This document shows, piece by piece, positions 1-11,500 of a stretch of DNA of 64,000 nt (position 1 is its first letter; each line of letters begins with the position of its first letter). Below the pieces are notes generated by a model, which had not been told where the DNA came from, did not search any database, and saw only the letters and a program-made list of their open reading frames with translations. Location: assembly GCA_002104905.1 (NCBI GenBank), contig MCFE01000255.1, forward strand, positions 1-64,000. Direction: 5' to 3'. The DNA is from Basidiobolus meristosporus CBS 931.73 (taxonomy: Eukaryota > Fungi > Basidiobolomycota). Position numbers and translations under genes: made by a program.

Positions 1-758
1 TAAATAATGATTCAGAACAAGATCTTGTGGGATACTCTGATGCTGATTGGGGACAAATTAAGAAGACTCAAGATACACAACAGAATATGACTCTCTTTAC
101 TGTAAAGGAGAAATTTCATGGAATTCAAGAAAGCAACCATCCATAGCACTTTCTACCACAGAGGCAGAGTATATGGCAGCCTGTGAGGCTACAAAAGAAG
201 CAATATGGTTAAGGAAGCTTTTTAAAGATTTAGGCTTATGTCAAAAAATGCCTATTACTTTATTTCAAGATGGTCAAGGATGTATACAATTAGGTAGAAA
301 TCTAACTTTTCATGCTAGAACCAAGCACATGGATATTAGACATCATTTCATACATGAAGCTATAGAGAATAACTTAGTTAGCTTAGCCTACTGTTCTACA
401 GATGAAATGATTGCAGATATACTTACCAAACTATTAGCCGGAGAAAAGTTTGAATATCTTAGGTCAAAATTAGGACTAGTCAGTATGAACATTTAGTTGA
501 GTGGGAGTGTTGTACAGAATTTGTATTTCCACCTAAATATTCACCTAACTTAGTCACTTAGATCACTACCTTTAAATCCTAGAGAATACTGACCAAATTT
601 CTTGTTGGGATTTACTTAGAGTATTTTCACCAAAATATCAGGTTCCCAGAATATGAAATATCTCAGAGTTGTCCAAACAGCCCCAAACTTAGCACACATG
701 TTCTTGGGACCTTCTTAAACCTATTCTAAGTGATTGTTATACCAAGACTCTTACAACA
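1..758 (+). mobile_element. 3' end of a degenerate Ty1/copia LTR retrotransposon (RNase H, PPT, 3' LTR)
   Basis: ORF 173-496 has copia RNase H motifs (EAEYMAACEATKEAIWLR, RTKHMDIRHHFI, MIADILTK). A GYSDADW-like motif precedes it. Polypurine tract AGTTGAGTGGGAG ends at 507, and an LTR starting TGTTG follows at 508. Confidence 0.93.
508..758 (+). repeat. 3' LTR of copia family 1 (251 bp, internally deleted)
   Basis: TGTTG...CAACA termini. Aligns by eye with the LTRs at 59289-59636, 60373-60721 (reverse) and 63911-64000, but is about 98 bp shorter. Confidence 0.9.
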
Positions 759-759
759 G

Positions 760-1030
760 ATTGCATCATCAATCAGCTGATATCTTGACAACTACCAAGT
801 GGTTTGATATATCTCAGATGACTAATCACTTGGAAAGGCTTAGCAGATCAGGTGAGGACATAATGACTACATAAAATTTGATCAGGTATGACAACTACAA
901 ATAGATTCTGACATAGGATAAGATAAACCATAACTGAGATTAGTTGTCTTTGGGTTAGGGAAAATCAGTTAGGGTGCTAGATTTTCTAACAGAGTAAAAT
1001 TGGCTAAGTTTTAGATGTTGATGCATAACA
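760..1030 (-). repeat. Dispersed repeat family 2 (probable LTR of a second element), truncated by the copia family 1 insertion
   Basis: Reverse complement matches 58406-~58677 along its length (e.g. TGTTRTGCATCAACA, AAACTTAGCCAATTTTACTC, AAGCCTTTCCAAGTGATTAG, TCAGCTGATTGATGATGCAAT). Confidence 0.8.
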
Positions 1031-1730
1031 GATCTTCAATACTTGTCTTGGGTCACTCCAGTATGGCTATACTTCATTGTTGTTTATGAAGATGTCATCC
1101 AAAATTATCATTATTGACTTATCTAGAAAGTCTTTGAGAATGCTGTTCTTAAGTATTATGAATGTTGCATGGACAACACCTAGTAGTTTGACAATTTTGA
1201 AGAATTAGTCAATATAAGTCAAAGTCAGTAACTATCAGTTCCACAACAACCAAGCACTTTTTCTATGTATTTATATAATCAGGTACTGAACTCCTTAATT
1301 GCAACAAGAGCCCATCAATGATGCTGGTGGCACATGTGTGCAGCTATACCTGGCTGAGGGTTAGGAATTTCAGGTCTTGATTCATTAGCTTGCTTACAAA
1401 TAAATCACATTGCCAATACCCCCAGTAATAGCCAAGAAATGTAGATAGCTCCCAACTAATACCAACTCACCAAAGCAAACTCAACTGCCAATACAAATAT
1501 TGCAAGGATGATTTCCAATGGAATAATTATAAATTTATTGTTATTGTGTGATAATCTATTAGCTTGTGTATAGATGAATAGTTGCTGGAAGCAACAGAGA
1601 ATGTGTTTCGTCAGAACTATTTGGGATATCGTAATGAATAGCATAAACGAGCGGTAAAAATACAAAAGTTGCTTGTTGCTTCGATCAGATGGAGATAAGA
1701 TATAACTATGCAAGCGAAACCGCAGCATCA

Positions 1731-4214
1731 CTACTGCTGGGTGGAATTCCCGTCCGAGCGCTGCCTTTGCAAATGGACAAAGAGCTGATTTTGGGCTTCG
1801 TCTGTGGTCGCCATATATCCTTCCCAAAGGGAAATGATCTGGAATACTAGTTGAAGATAGCCATAGACCATAGAACAACATGCATCACGTACCTCCATCT
1901 GGATCGAGATGGTTGCTCTCAGGCATTTCTCAATGGCGTTCTTGAAATCGATCACCTTTTCATTATCAAAGCGAGCTAACTCCTGCTTCAAGGTGTCAGT
2001 AATGGCATCGAATTTCAGTTTTTCTCGCTCGGCCTCTTTGCTGGCCTGGGAAGGGATGTTAGTGCTAGTCAATGTGCAGTGGAAATTATTCCATACCTCT
2101 TTAGCGTCCTGTGTTGCAAGGTTGATTCGCTCCTGCGCTTGTGCTTGAGTGCGGAATTTCTCCAACTGAGCTCTTTTCTGGTTGAAGTTGGCTGCACTGC
2201 CTTGCCAACTTTGGTACGCCTTCACCCTAGCACTAAACGCTTGCTGTCAACCGGAGTTCCCAACCATCACGGTTCGCCAAGATTAACTCATGTCCTCTAT
2301 AAGTCTATCCAACAGCTATGTCTGCTTACCCTGATTGACCCGATGGTGCGCAGATATTCATTCAGCGTGTTCTCAAGCGTGAGCGTATCGTATGTTGCCT
2401 AAGCTGGATTGGTAAGTGGCCATTGCGTGCCCATACATTGCAGAAGCAACCTTTACGAACCTGTTTATTCTGCAAGTCTTTGATTTTCTTCTGTACCTCC
2501 GACAATGCCAGAAGGTTGTTAGTAAGTGGCTGATTGGGCTCAGCCTCAGCTAATGCCTCAATGCCCTGGCTGAATTCGAGATATGTGCCACCAAGATCTG
2601 AGGAGCACCAGGTTAGTGAGGTCACCAGAGTCTTAGGTCCTACATGCACACATGCCTTTTCTGTGCTTGACATAGTTCTCGAAGACTTTGGATAGTGGCT
2701 TCAGCTGTGACTCTAGCACATCGATCTGTGCTCGCTTCTTCTCAATCCACTTATCACCGAATCAGCATCTGTAGCACTCTGAGAGTTGTCGAAACATCAC
2801 CCACCTCATCCGATTCCACAAATTTCAAAAAATTAGTCGCACTCGACACCGCCTCCCCAAACACCTTCATTAGCCCTTTGCTGCCGGTATTCTTTCGTTC
2901 TTTCATCTGGCGTGATGGATGAGCGCAAAGCCATACTGCTGGTCCGAGCTACCAAGTCAACTTACCTCGCTGCCGAATCTTTCGGACTCCATAAACAGTA
3001 GAAAGTCGGGATCTTTCTTCAGCTTGGGATGCGCAGCAATCTTCTGTAGAAACGTCTCCAGTGCTATCCGACGGGTTTCAACAAACTCGTCCTGGAATCT
3101 ACCTTCATGGAGCAGAATCGCCGTTATTCATCGATTGGAAGGCACGTTAGTGCGAGGAGTACCAACTGTACACCGGTGTTACCTAGTGCGTGCTTTTCTG
3201 GCACTGGGGGGATGATGACTCCAGGATGATTATTAGCCAATTGGTTGTATAGCCATAGGAAATCTCTGTATCTCCGGGTAACTGACGATTTTCGATGATT
3301 GAGCACGCCAACTGTTACCTGCTCAGAGTTGCTAAGATCGCTGTCCAGAGGAATCGACACCACACATACGAAAGAAGAATACCTGTGCCTTGACTTTGTA
3401 GACAATATAGGAGTTGATTGGATCTCCAACTTTCTGTGGTTCACAGACCGATATGTCAAGAATAGAATCGATCTCTTTCGAATTAGCCCCGTTTGTGAGG
3501 TTTTCCTGGAAGGATGTTAGAGAAAGATGTGTACGAGTAAGTTGGCGAAACTACCTCGGGTGGATCGATGGTCGTTGCCTCTGGCGGTAGAGCCACTTCC
3601 GCGAGTGCATCTTCTGGCTCGTGCGTTAGGCTGTTGGGGCGCTGCTCTTCGTTCACTTGTTTCGTATGTTTGGGGGACTTCTCTGTTGAAGGGTTTTGTG
3701 CCCCGAGTATGTTATAGGTAGGCTCGCGAATGCTACTCTTAACATATAGATCCGAAGAAACCGGACCTCCCTTTGGATCCAACGGAGGGCTGGGGTACTG
3801 TTCTTCAGCTGGCTGCGTAGTAGCCGAGTCTGTTTGTGCGCTTGAATCAGCGAAATTCCCCTCTGACGGGGTGGAGTCGAACGATATTTTTTGGAATTCC
3901 TGAGCGTGCAGCGCGGAAGTAGGGGAATATGTTTTATTCTGGTCGTGGTAATGTTCTGTGGAGAAGTCATTGCGATTATCTGGACGCTCATTCTCCAACC
4001 CGAAATTCAAATTTGAAAAAGAAGCTTGAAGATGATCCTCTTGGTAGGGATCAATAAAGCCAGAAGGCTCGAATGAATCGTTCTCTCGATAAAGGGAAGA
4101 AGGTAGATTTGAGAACACATCGGCAAACGGGTTTACCTCTTCATATTTAACAGAAAGGCCCTCTTGCGAAGAAAGCAAATCGGAAAAGTCATCATAGAAA
4201 TAGTTTTTGCTCAT
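1731..4214 (-). CDS. VPS5: Sorting nexin, Vps5/SNX1-like PX-BAR retromer subunit (multi-exon)
   Basis: Acidic low-complexity N-terminus, then a PX domain (VTRRYRDFLWLYNQLANNHPGVIIPPVPEKH, FVETRRIALETFLQKIAAHP) and a BAR-type tail (KFDAITDTLKQELARFDNEKVIDFKNAIEKCL, IISLWEGY). Last exon ends NSTQQ*. Confidence 0.85.
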
Positions 4215-4981
4215 ATCTGTGGGTTCTAGGATCTATGCGGGACAGAGGAATGGGAAATCCGTAACTCTGAAATGGAGATTGTGGAAACGCTCTGTGAACT
4301 CTAGCAAAGATAAGCTCCTTGACGGGATATCCAATTTAAACGGGTGAATGGTCAGGGCTGGGATATTGCCAGGATTTAATTGAAAAACAGCCAAGACTGC
4401 TTAGCTTCCAAAACGAGATTTGTCGTGAAATATGAGCAAATGCTCTAGTCCAATTAGATAGAAGCAGGTCAATCGGCAATAGAAAAGCACTCCATAATTG
4501 TGAGCGCAAGTGCTCCTTATTCCGGGCATTCTATTGGCTTCAGAAGGCGTAGGTCAGAATCGTATTCCACAACTGCTGATTTTATTTGCCCTTCCATAAT
4601 TTGCAATACTAATATGCAGTATTGTACGTGAATGAAGCGAGTCAGCCAGCACCACTTGCGCAATTCAGTATTGATGACAAGGTGCTTGGGCTTTCCTGGT
4701 ACTTTGAGCCTTTCTCTCCGGAAGAGGTAGGGCCTCGCCGCTACAGAACTCGAAGCATCATCCGGTTAAAATGCATAGCTAGACTTCCAGAACCACTCGG
4801 CTTATTGGGGTCTACGTTTTGTTGAGACCTGTGTTGACCACCGAGGGCAATCATTGAGAACCCATCGTGACCTCAGCTGAATTTCCTAGTCCCGTGTCTC
4901 CGTGATGGCTCCCCAGATCGGATTCTAATCCTCGCTACGAAATCTAGACCTTGAACAATTGATTGACATTTTACGGCTAGC

Positions 4982-7221
4982 ATGGATCCTATCTCATGGT
5001 ATACTAGTATCCAAGCCGCTTTATCTAACGAACTTTCGGATCTCTCGTCAATTCCTTGGAGCCTTCTGCTGCTAGTCCTGTTCTCACTCACGAGCGTACA
5101 TTTAATAAACATTCTTTTCGGCTTCTTTTCTAAAGGCACGGTCAAGCCTATAAGTGAACCGATGAATCTAGCTAAACAGAAAAAGCACTATCGAGCATCA
5201 TACCAATATTTCTCGCGTGGCCTGGATTTGGAGGGGAAGCATGATATCACGGCTGCTCTACAATGCTATCTCCAAGGCATTCACCAATTGAAATGTGGCC
5301 TGCGTATAGAATTTACCGAAGAAGAGCGGTAGGTATATACATATATATATTCCAAGCACGGAGGATTCGGAGCTCGGCTTGGATTACATTTCGGATCATA
5401 TCTTTTTGCTGTTCACTAAGCCGTGGTATACCTTCTAGGTTAGAGGCTCAAGTAATTGAAACCAAAATGCGAAAAATGTTACAAGTAGTGCAAGGTAGAA
5501 TACACGAACTCACAAAAAGTAAGCACTCTAGCCTCTTATGTCCATGCTACTGTGCAAGTATGGAGGTTGTTCTCAATAAGAGTGCTCATGGTAATCCAGA
5601 TCCCCCTAGTCAAAATACGAACTCGAACGCAAATAGACTGACGGAAACAAGCAACACTACAAACTCAGCCACGGCAGGCTCTACAAAAAGAAAGGTCGTT
5701 GCTCCAAGTGCATCTCCCTCGAATCTAACCACTCTACGCAAACCAGGTCTACCTGAAAAACTGCGACAGATGGACAAAAGCCTCGTGAACGTTATCCTCA
5801 ATGAGGTAGTCGTCGAGAACCCTGAAGTCGATTGGGAGGATATAGGTTGATGGTCAAGAGTTTCTCTATACGTGTTGAATCTGAAAGCCTAAACACCTTT
5901 TGTAAACACAGCTGGATTAAATTATGCCAAGCAGGCGCTGAAAGAAATCGTGATATTGCCTGCCCTAAGGCCTGACTTGTTCACTGGACTAAGGGCACCT
6001 GCACGAGGTATCTTTGCTCCATTCTACACCCCGCATCGTTATATGGCGATACTAATAGGTCTCTTCGTGAAGGGCTGCTCTTGTTTGGTCCTCCAGGCAC
6101 CGGAAAGACCATGTTAGCCAAAGCCGTCGCTAATGCCGGTAACCTAAGATTCTTCAGCATCAGCGCAGCCACGCTCACCTCCAAATATGTAAGTTGCACC
6201 AATCGGTGCTTTCAAATCAGATTCCAACCTCAGTACCATTCAGGTTGGCGAGTCCGAAAAGCTTGTACGGGCGTTGTTCGCCGTAGCACAGGAGCTTGCA
6301 CCTTCGGTGATATTCATAGGTATTTCGAGAAGAAAATAAGGTCGTTTTGCAAGACAAATACTCAGAACGATCCAAACAACCCAGATGAAGTCGATTCAAT
6401 CCTCAAAGAGCGGTCCGAATCAGAACACGAAGCATCCCGGAGGCTAAAGACGGAGTTTCTTTTACAGTTCGATGGAGTGTCGAATCATTCTGAAAAGCGG
6501 ATTCTCGTAATGGGTAAGTGAAGCCTGATCGTCTGTGATCCGGTTTAGCCAAAGGTATTGATGTTCGGGATTTTTAGGAGCAACAAACCGTCCTCAGGAA
6601 TTGGTAAGTTGTTATGGCATTCGATAATGCTCCGCTGTTCCTCGATCGTTCTGACTGGAGCTTACCATTGTTTAGGACGAAGCAGTGAGGAGGCGATTTG
6701 TAAGCCTCAGTTCATACGCTCCTGGCCCGGATCATGTCGTATCTAACTATGATTGTCCAGGAAAAGCGAATCTACATCCCACTACCAGACTCCGATGTCC
6801 GTCGACAGCTTCTAGACCACTTGCTTCGCGACCAAAATACATCGATAACCTCGCGAGAAATGCAAACCCTTGTGGACTTGACCGAAGGTACATATTCATA
6901 GGCCAGCTTCTCTGAGTGGCACTAATGCCTCTCCCAATACAGGATACTCCGGGAGTGACTTGACTGCATTAGGTATCAGGAGCCCATCATTCAGCAATTA
7001 TACATGCTTTTCTAACACTCTGCCAAACAGCGAAGGATGCAGCCCTGGGGCCCATTCGCAATCTGGGTGACCAGATTCTGAGTACACCGTTCGAAAAGAT
7101 TCGTCCTATCGAGATGAAGGATTTCGTCAACTCCTTGAACGTCGTAAGACCATCGGTGAATCGAACCAGCTTGAAAACTTACGAGAAGTGGAATGCAGAA
7201 TACGGAACACTGGGGAAATAA
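4982..7221 (+). CDS. SPAST: Spastin-like microtubule-severing AAA ATPase with N-terminal hydrophobic segment and MIT domain (multi-exon)
   Basis: Exon 1 has a hydrophobic stretch then a MIT-like helix (FSRGLDLE...[12 protein letters not shown]). AAA module: [77 protein letters not shown]. Ends [13 protein letters not shown] at 7221. Confidence 0.88.
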
Positions 7222-7664
7222 ATCGCTGTTAGCGCCACACAAGCCAGATATCGTTGTGTTATCATTCAAATCGCCTGCACTGATCATATCCCAATAAATG
7301 CGGGTTTGCTTAAGCTTGTTTCAATGTCCATTCATTATGCTATACAGAACCCCATTGCCAGATGCTGTTTTCACATGCTAGAGGGTGGTCTAAGTCTTGG
7401 TGCAGAGATTGCAACAACAATTCGGATGGCATGATAGACTCTTAAATAAGGTTTGCGAGCAGTCAAGTTGGACCAAGCGTTCATGATATCAATCACCAAG
7501 GTGCAATGTCGATCTATTGCTCCGTTTCATTGGTATGTGCATGATGCAATGGTAGATAAATGAACTGGCCCACAATCAACCACCTGCTTGCAGTATATAT
7601 AGTCGGGCCCGAATGGGTTCACAGCATTCACTTACGAACAGCAATCCATTCGCCTTTCTTCAAC

Positions 7665-8141
7665 ATGATGAAATTTGTGTGCATCCTCTTGATCAGCATC
7701 ATGCTTGTTGAGGCCCAGCAGAGTAAGTATCGACAGGTTACATTCCGGCTCACCTGACTTAACACCGATCTTCATGTAGCCCCTACTGTTAAGCCTACTA
7801 CCAAGCCTACTGTGGCCATTCCTCAACACCGGGTCACCGCTGTTCGTCAAGTTCGACCACAACCAACTGTCTTTGTTACTGTTGTCCGAAGCAAGGCCGT
7901 CCTACTTCCGGGAGCAGCTCCCACTGCCAGGAGAAGATTCGCTATCAAGCACGCTGGAGAGCCCAAGCCCAAGCCGACCAAGAAAGCCAGCACCAGTACA
8001 TCCACCAGCACGTCCACTACTTCCAGTACCTCGGCTACTTCGTCCCCCAAGAGCACACCCAAGGCAAGCCATGGAGTCGTTACTGCCAGCAACCCGTTAA
8101 CGCTCTACATTGTTGTGTTACTGGGCTATCTTTTCCAATAG
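7665..8141 (+). CDS. Small secreted Ser/Thr/Pro-rich protein with C-terminal hydrophobic tail (possible GPI anchor), 2 exons
   Basis: Signal-like MMKFVCILLISIMLVEAQ. GT-AG intron 7723-7779 joins in frame to PTVKPTTKPTV...STSTSTSTTSSTS...LTLYIVVLLGYLFQ*. Confidence 0.7.
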
Positions 8142-8599
8142 CCTTCCCTGCATAGCTCCGAAAGTATCAGAATTCACGTGTGGTCTCGAGCACCCGAAAA
8201 ATCAGAATAGTAACATTCATTTTATCAAAGTTATCTATCATTTATCGACTCTATGTACTATCAATATTTCTTGGAATAATCACCTTCTGCTGCCTGATCA
8301 TGAATAAAATGTGATATGGAAGAAGGAATCCGAGCTCCAGTAAAATTTCAATGTCGCTTGTCCTGCATACCTCTTTGGGTATCGCTTTTACGGTGACTCT
8401 TTATCCTGTAATGGGCTAGATGCTGATGAAAGTCTTGTGGGTTGATTGCAAGCTAATTGGATTCATTAACAGGTATTTACATGAGTTACATGAATGAGCA
8501 AACTCACTCAAATACATACATTTAACTATACATAACATATGTTGATGCAGCAGTGAACAGAATCAGGTTACTTTGGCGTCTTTGGAGTAGCAGAGATAT

Positions 8600-11500
8600 T
8601 CACATCATTCTCCCGGCGCCGTTTGGCTTTTGATTTGGCCCCTTTCTGAATCTATGATTTCCTGGCTCCATGTGAAGAGGATTCATAGGAAACCTAGGCC
8701 TAGGCTGTTGACTTGGATCGAAGAATTGATTTGGGGCACTCGGGAAGAAAGGCCGTTCATACGGATAGCCTTGGTTCGGCGGTACGCCTGGGTAGAAATG
8801 AGGGTTGTAGTATGGAGGGGGCACCCCACCTGGAGGATGACCATTTGGAAATCGCTGAAAAGTCCCGCGCGGTCCCATCATTGGGGCTGTTGTCAGGGGG
8901 TCAGGGTAGCCTGGTCTAGGGCGGTATTGATGCCCCTCTACAGGCCAGTTATTCAGACCAACAGCACCTGGTCGTGGATTGACTGGGCTCATGCAACCCC
9001 GTGAGTTTGGATGCATACCTGTCTCCACCGGCCTGAAAGCTGGATGCTCGTACGGGTGCGCATTGCGCAAGTTATCTGGCGGCTGATTCGACATCGCAGG
9101 AGGATTCGGTACACCAAAAGACTCTGGATGAGAAGCTTTTTGTACAAACTCATCCACATGTACAGAAGGCAAACGAGCGGCGTTTGATTTTCGCACACCA
9201 TAGGCATATCGAAACTCGTTGTTTTGGTACGCTTTCCCTCCCCCCAGATTCTTTCGATGAGGCTCCTCTCGAGCTAATGTACTCACGTGGTGGGGCTCGA
9301 ACGGAATGATCACAGGGTCCCCTTCCTCATCACTTTCCTCTTTATAAACCTTCACCCGCTTTCGCGATGAAAATCCAGGGAACATTCTATGGCCGTACGC
9401 TTTGAAGTCCTGCACCTCCTCCGAGAAATAGAACATCTCCTCATAATCATCATGATTGATAAATTCCTCGCATACTAAAAAAATCATAAGATTATTTCCT
9501 TGGCCATTGAGGCGGCCACATAAAGAAAACATTACCTGATGAATTAACGGAGTCTCGTGATTGTAGTAGATCATCAAGAGAGCGTTTACGAGTTTGGAAG
9601 ATCCTTTCTAAATCAACAAAACATGCCTCAATTCCGTCAAATTGCTCGTCAAACCTGTACTGACCGGAGCTGCTCTCTTGCTGTAACAATCGAGCTACTT
9701 CCATAAGCCAGCCAAGGGATTTACGCAATGGTGGTGTGTCACTTCCATTCTCCCCCCCGCGCTCCAGGATCTCTTCACAAGTCTGTGCCAACTCAATACA
9801 CGCGTTGAATGGACCCAGCAGATTCGCAAACAGTGTGATCTTGATATCTTCATTTGCTTGGCTGGGGATGGCATGGTCGTTCCATTGATCATACAGTCGT
9901 TTGGAAACGCCAAGAATCTGGGTCAACTTCGCCAGGATAGAGGGCTGTTGCTTACCTTGTGCCAGTGCGTTTAAGGTTTCAGTGGTGATTGTGTTGATCG
10001 CATAACAGAAATCAGGATTGCTCAAAATGGTAAGTGTCCCAATGACTGAACTGGATATATCCGAAAGGATGGCCAAAGCTCTTGTCGGCAAGCCAAGATG
10101 GCTTTCGTTTTGAATCCAGCCTAGAATATTGGAGATTATCTCCGACAGTTGGGTGGATTGCAAGTCAAACTCCATCTTGTTCTGTGACTGGATTTGCTTG
10201 GCATTATCTGGGTTTACTCGTCGATCCGATAACTCCCAACGGCTCGAGAGCAGTTGAATAACCTCGATGGCCAAATCACTGACGATATGGCCGGCTCCAA
10301 ATAACTCCGCAATATCAAAGAACATGCCCAAGCTTTGGCTTGATCCGTCTTTTGTATTACATTCAAAGATCCCCAATAGGTAGAAATGTCCCGAAGGCAT
10401 GTTTACCAGTGACAAAAGAAGACACAGCAAACGCGCGATACGAGATGCCAAGAATTGCTCCTCAAATGAGGTCTGTTGCCATAAGCATGAGTTGCCACTC
10501 TCTAGTGATGCTGGAGGGCTGGGATTCCTGTCTCCATCTGTGGGCTTGCGCTCGGTGGAGTGGAGCACGTGACTGACTGCCTCCAACTCTTCATAGAGCT
10601 GATCTATCAACAATTTGATGATGCCTCTGGCGATGCCCAGATCACCGATATCAAGGTCCACCATCTGGGCGATCAGCAGGCGTAACGAGATGTGCATTTC
10701 TTTGCAAGAAGTAAACATCACTGTACGGATGCACTCCTCGATATCATCTTTAAGTGGAAGAAGCTGCTTCGTCCAATACATTCGTAAGCATTTGCCACTG
10801 TAGCTCAGGTTTGGGGCACTTCTCTGCAAGAGAGAAGTCCAATGATTCATGGCCGATATTTCTGACTGAATCTGGTTGTCTACAAGCGGAAGCGGAAGTA
10901 GATTGCTGAGAAGCCGAATTCCACTCAAGAAGTGCTGAGGTGCGTCATGGAGTCCGTCTAGTAGATATTGCACTATTTTGTTCCCTATCAGATCTGTAGG
11001 GATCTTGCATTGGAAACGATACTGCTCCTCGCCTGCGCCCTCATAGTAATCCTCGGAGACCTGGTCAGGGATGATAACGTTGGCCATGTCAAAAAACTTA
11101 TAAATGACCTCGAGATTGTTTCTTAGCAAAAGATGGCTATGTGAATGAAAGAACCTCCGATTACTAGTACTCCTCTGAACCTTAGGTCTAAGGTTGTGTA
11201 TATTTAGTTGATCGAGCGTATAAAACAACTTGAGGATCTGTTTAAAGCATTTGTTCAACAAGTGATCATCTCTGGTGATATCCAAGTTAATGTCCTCTGG
11301 CGCTTTCTGACCAGGCTCTGTCAGTGTTACAGAGACAATCAGGCCATCGCCACTATGGTAAACTATATTGAATATCAGCTCCAAGGTGAGCAGTGACAAC
11401 GCCAGCCACCTCTTCTTCTTCTTGATGCTTTTGACGCTTTTACTTCTGTGACTCTCCCTCTTCGTTTTCAAGCCTTCATCGTCCCCCGATGTGTCGGAAT

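Noticed and set aside
1031-1460. Possible hAT dimerisation-domain relic (YLAE...YP..IAK)
   Set aside because: Requires several frameshifts. It is CpG-poor and so probably TE-derived, but the family is unsupported.
1456-1881. 141-aa minus ORF after Vps5
   Set aside because: Overlaps the Vps5 last intron, last exon and 3' flank in another frame, with no motifs.
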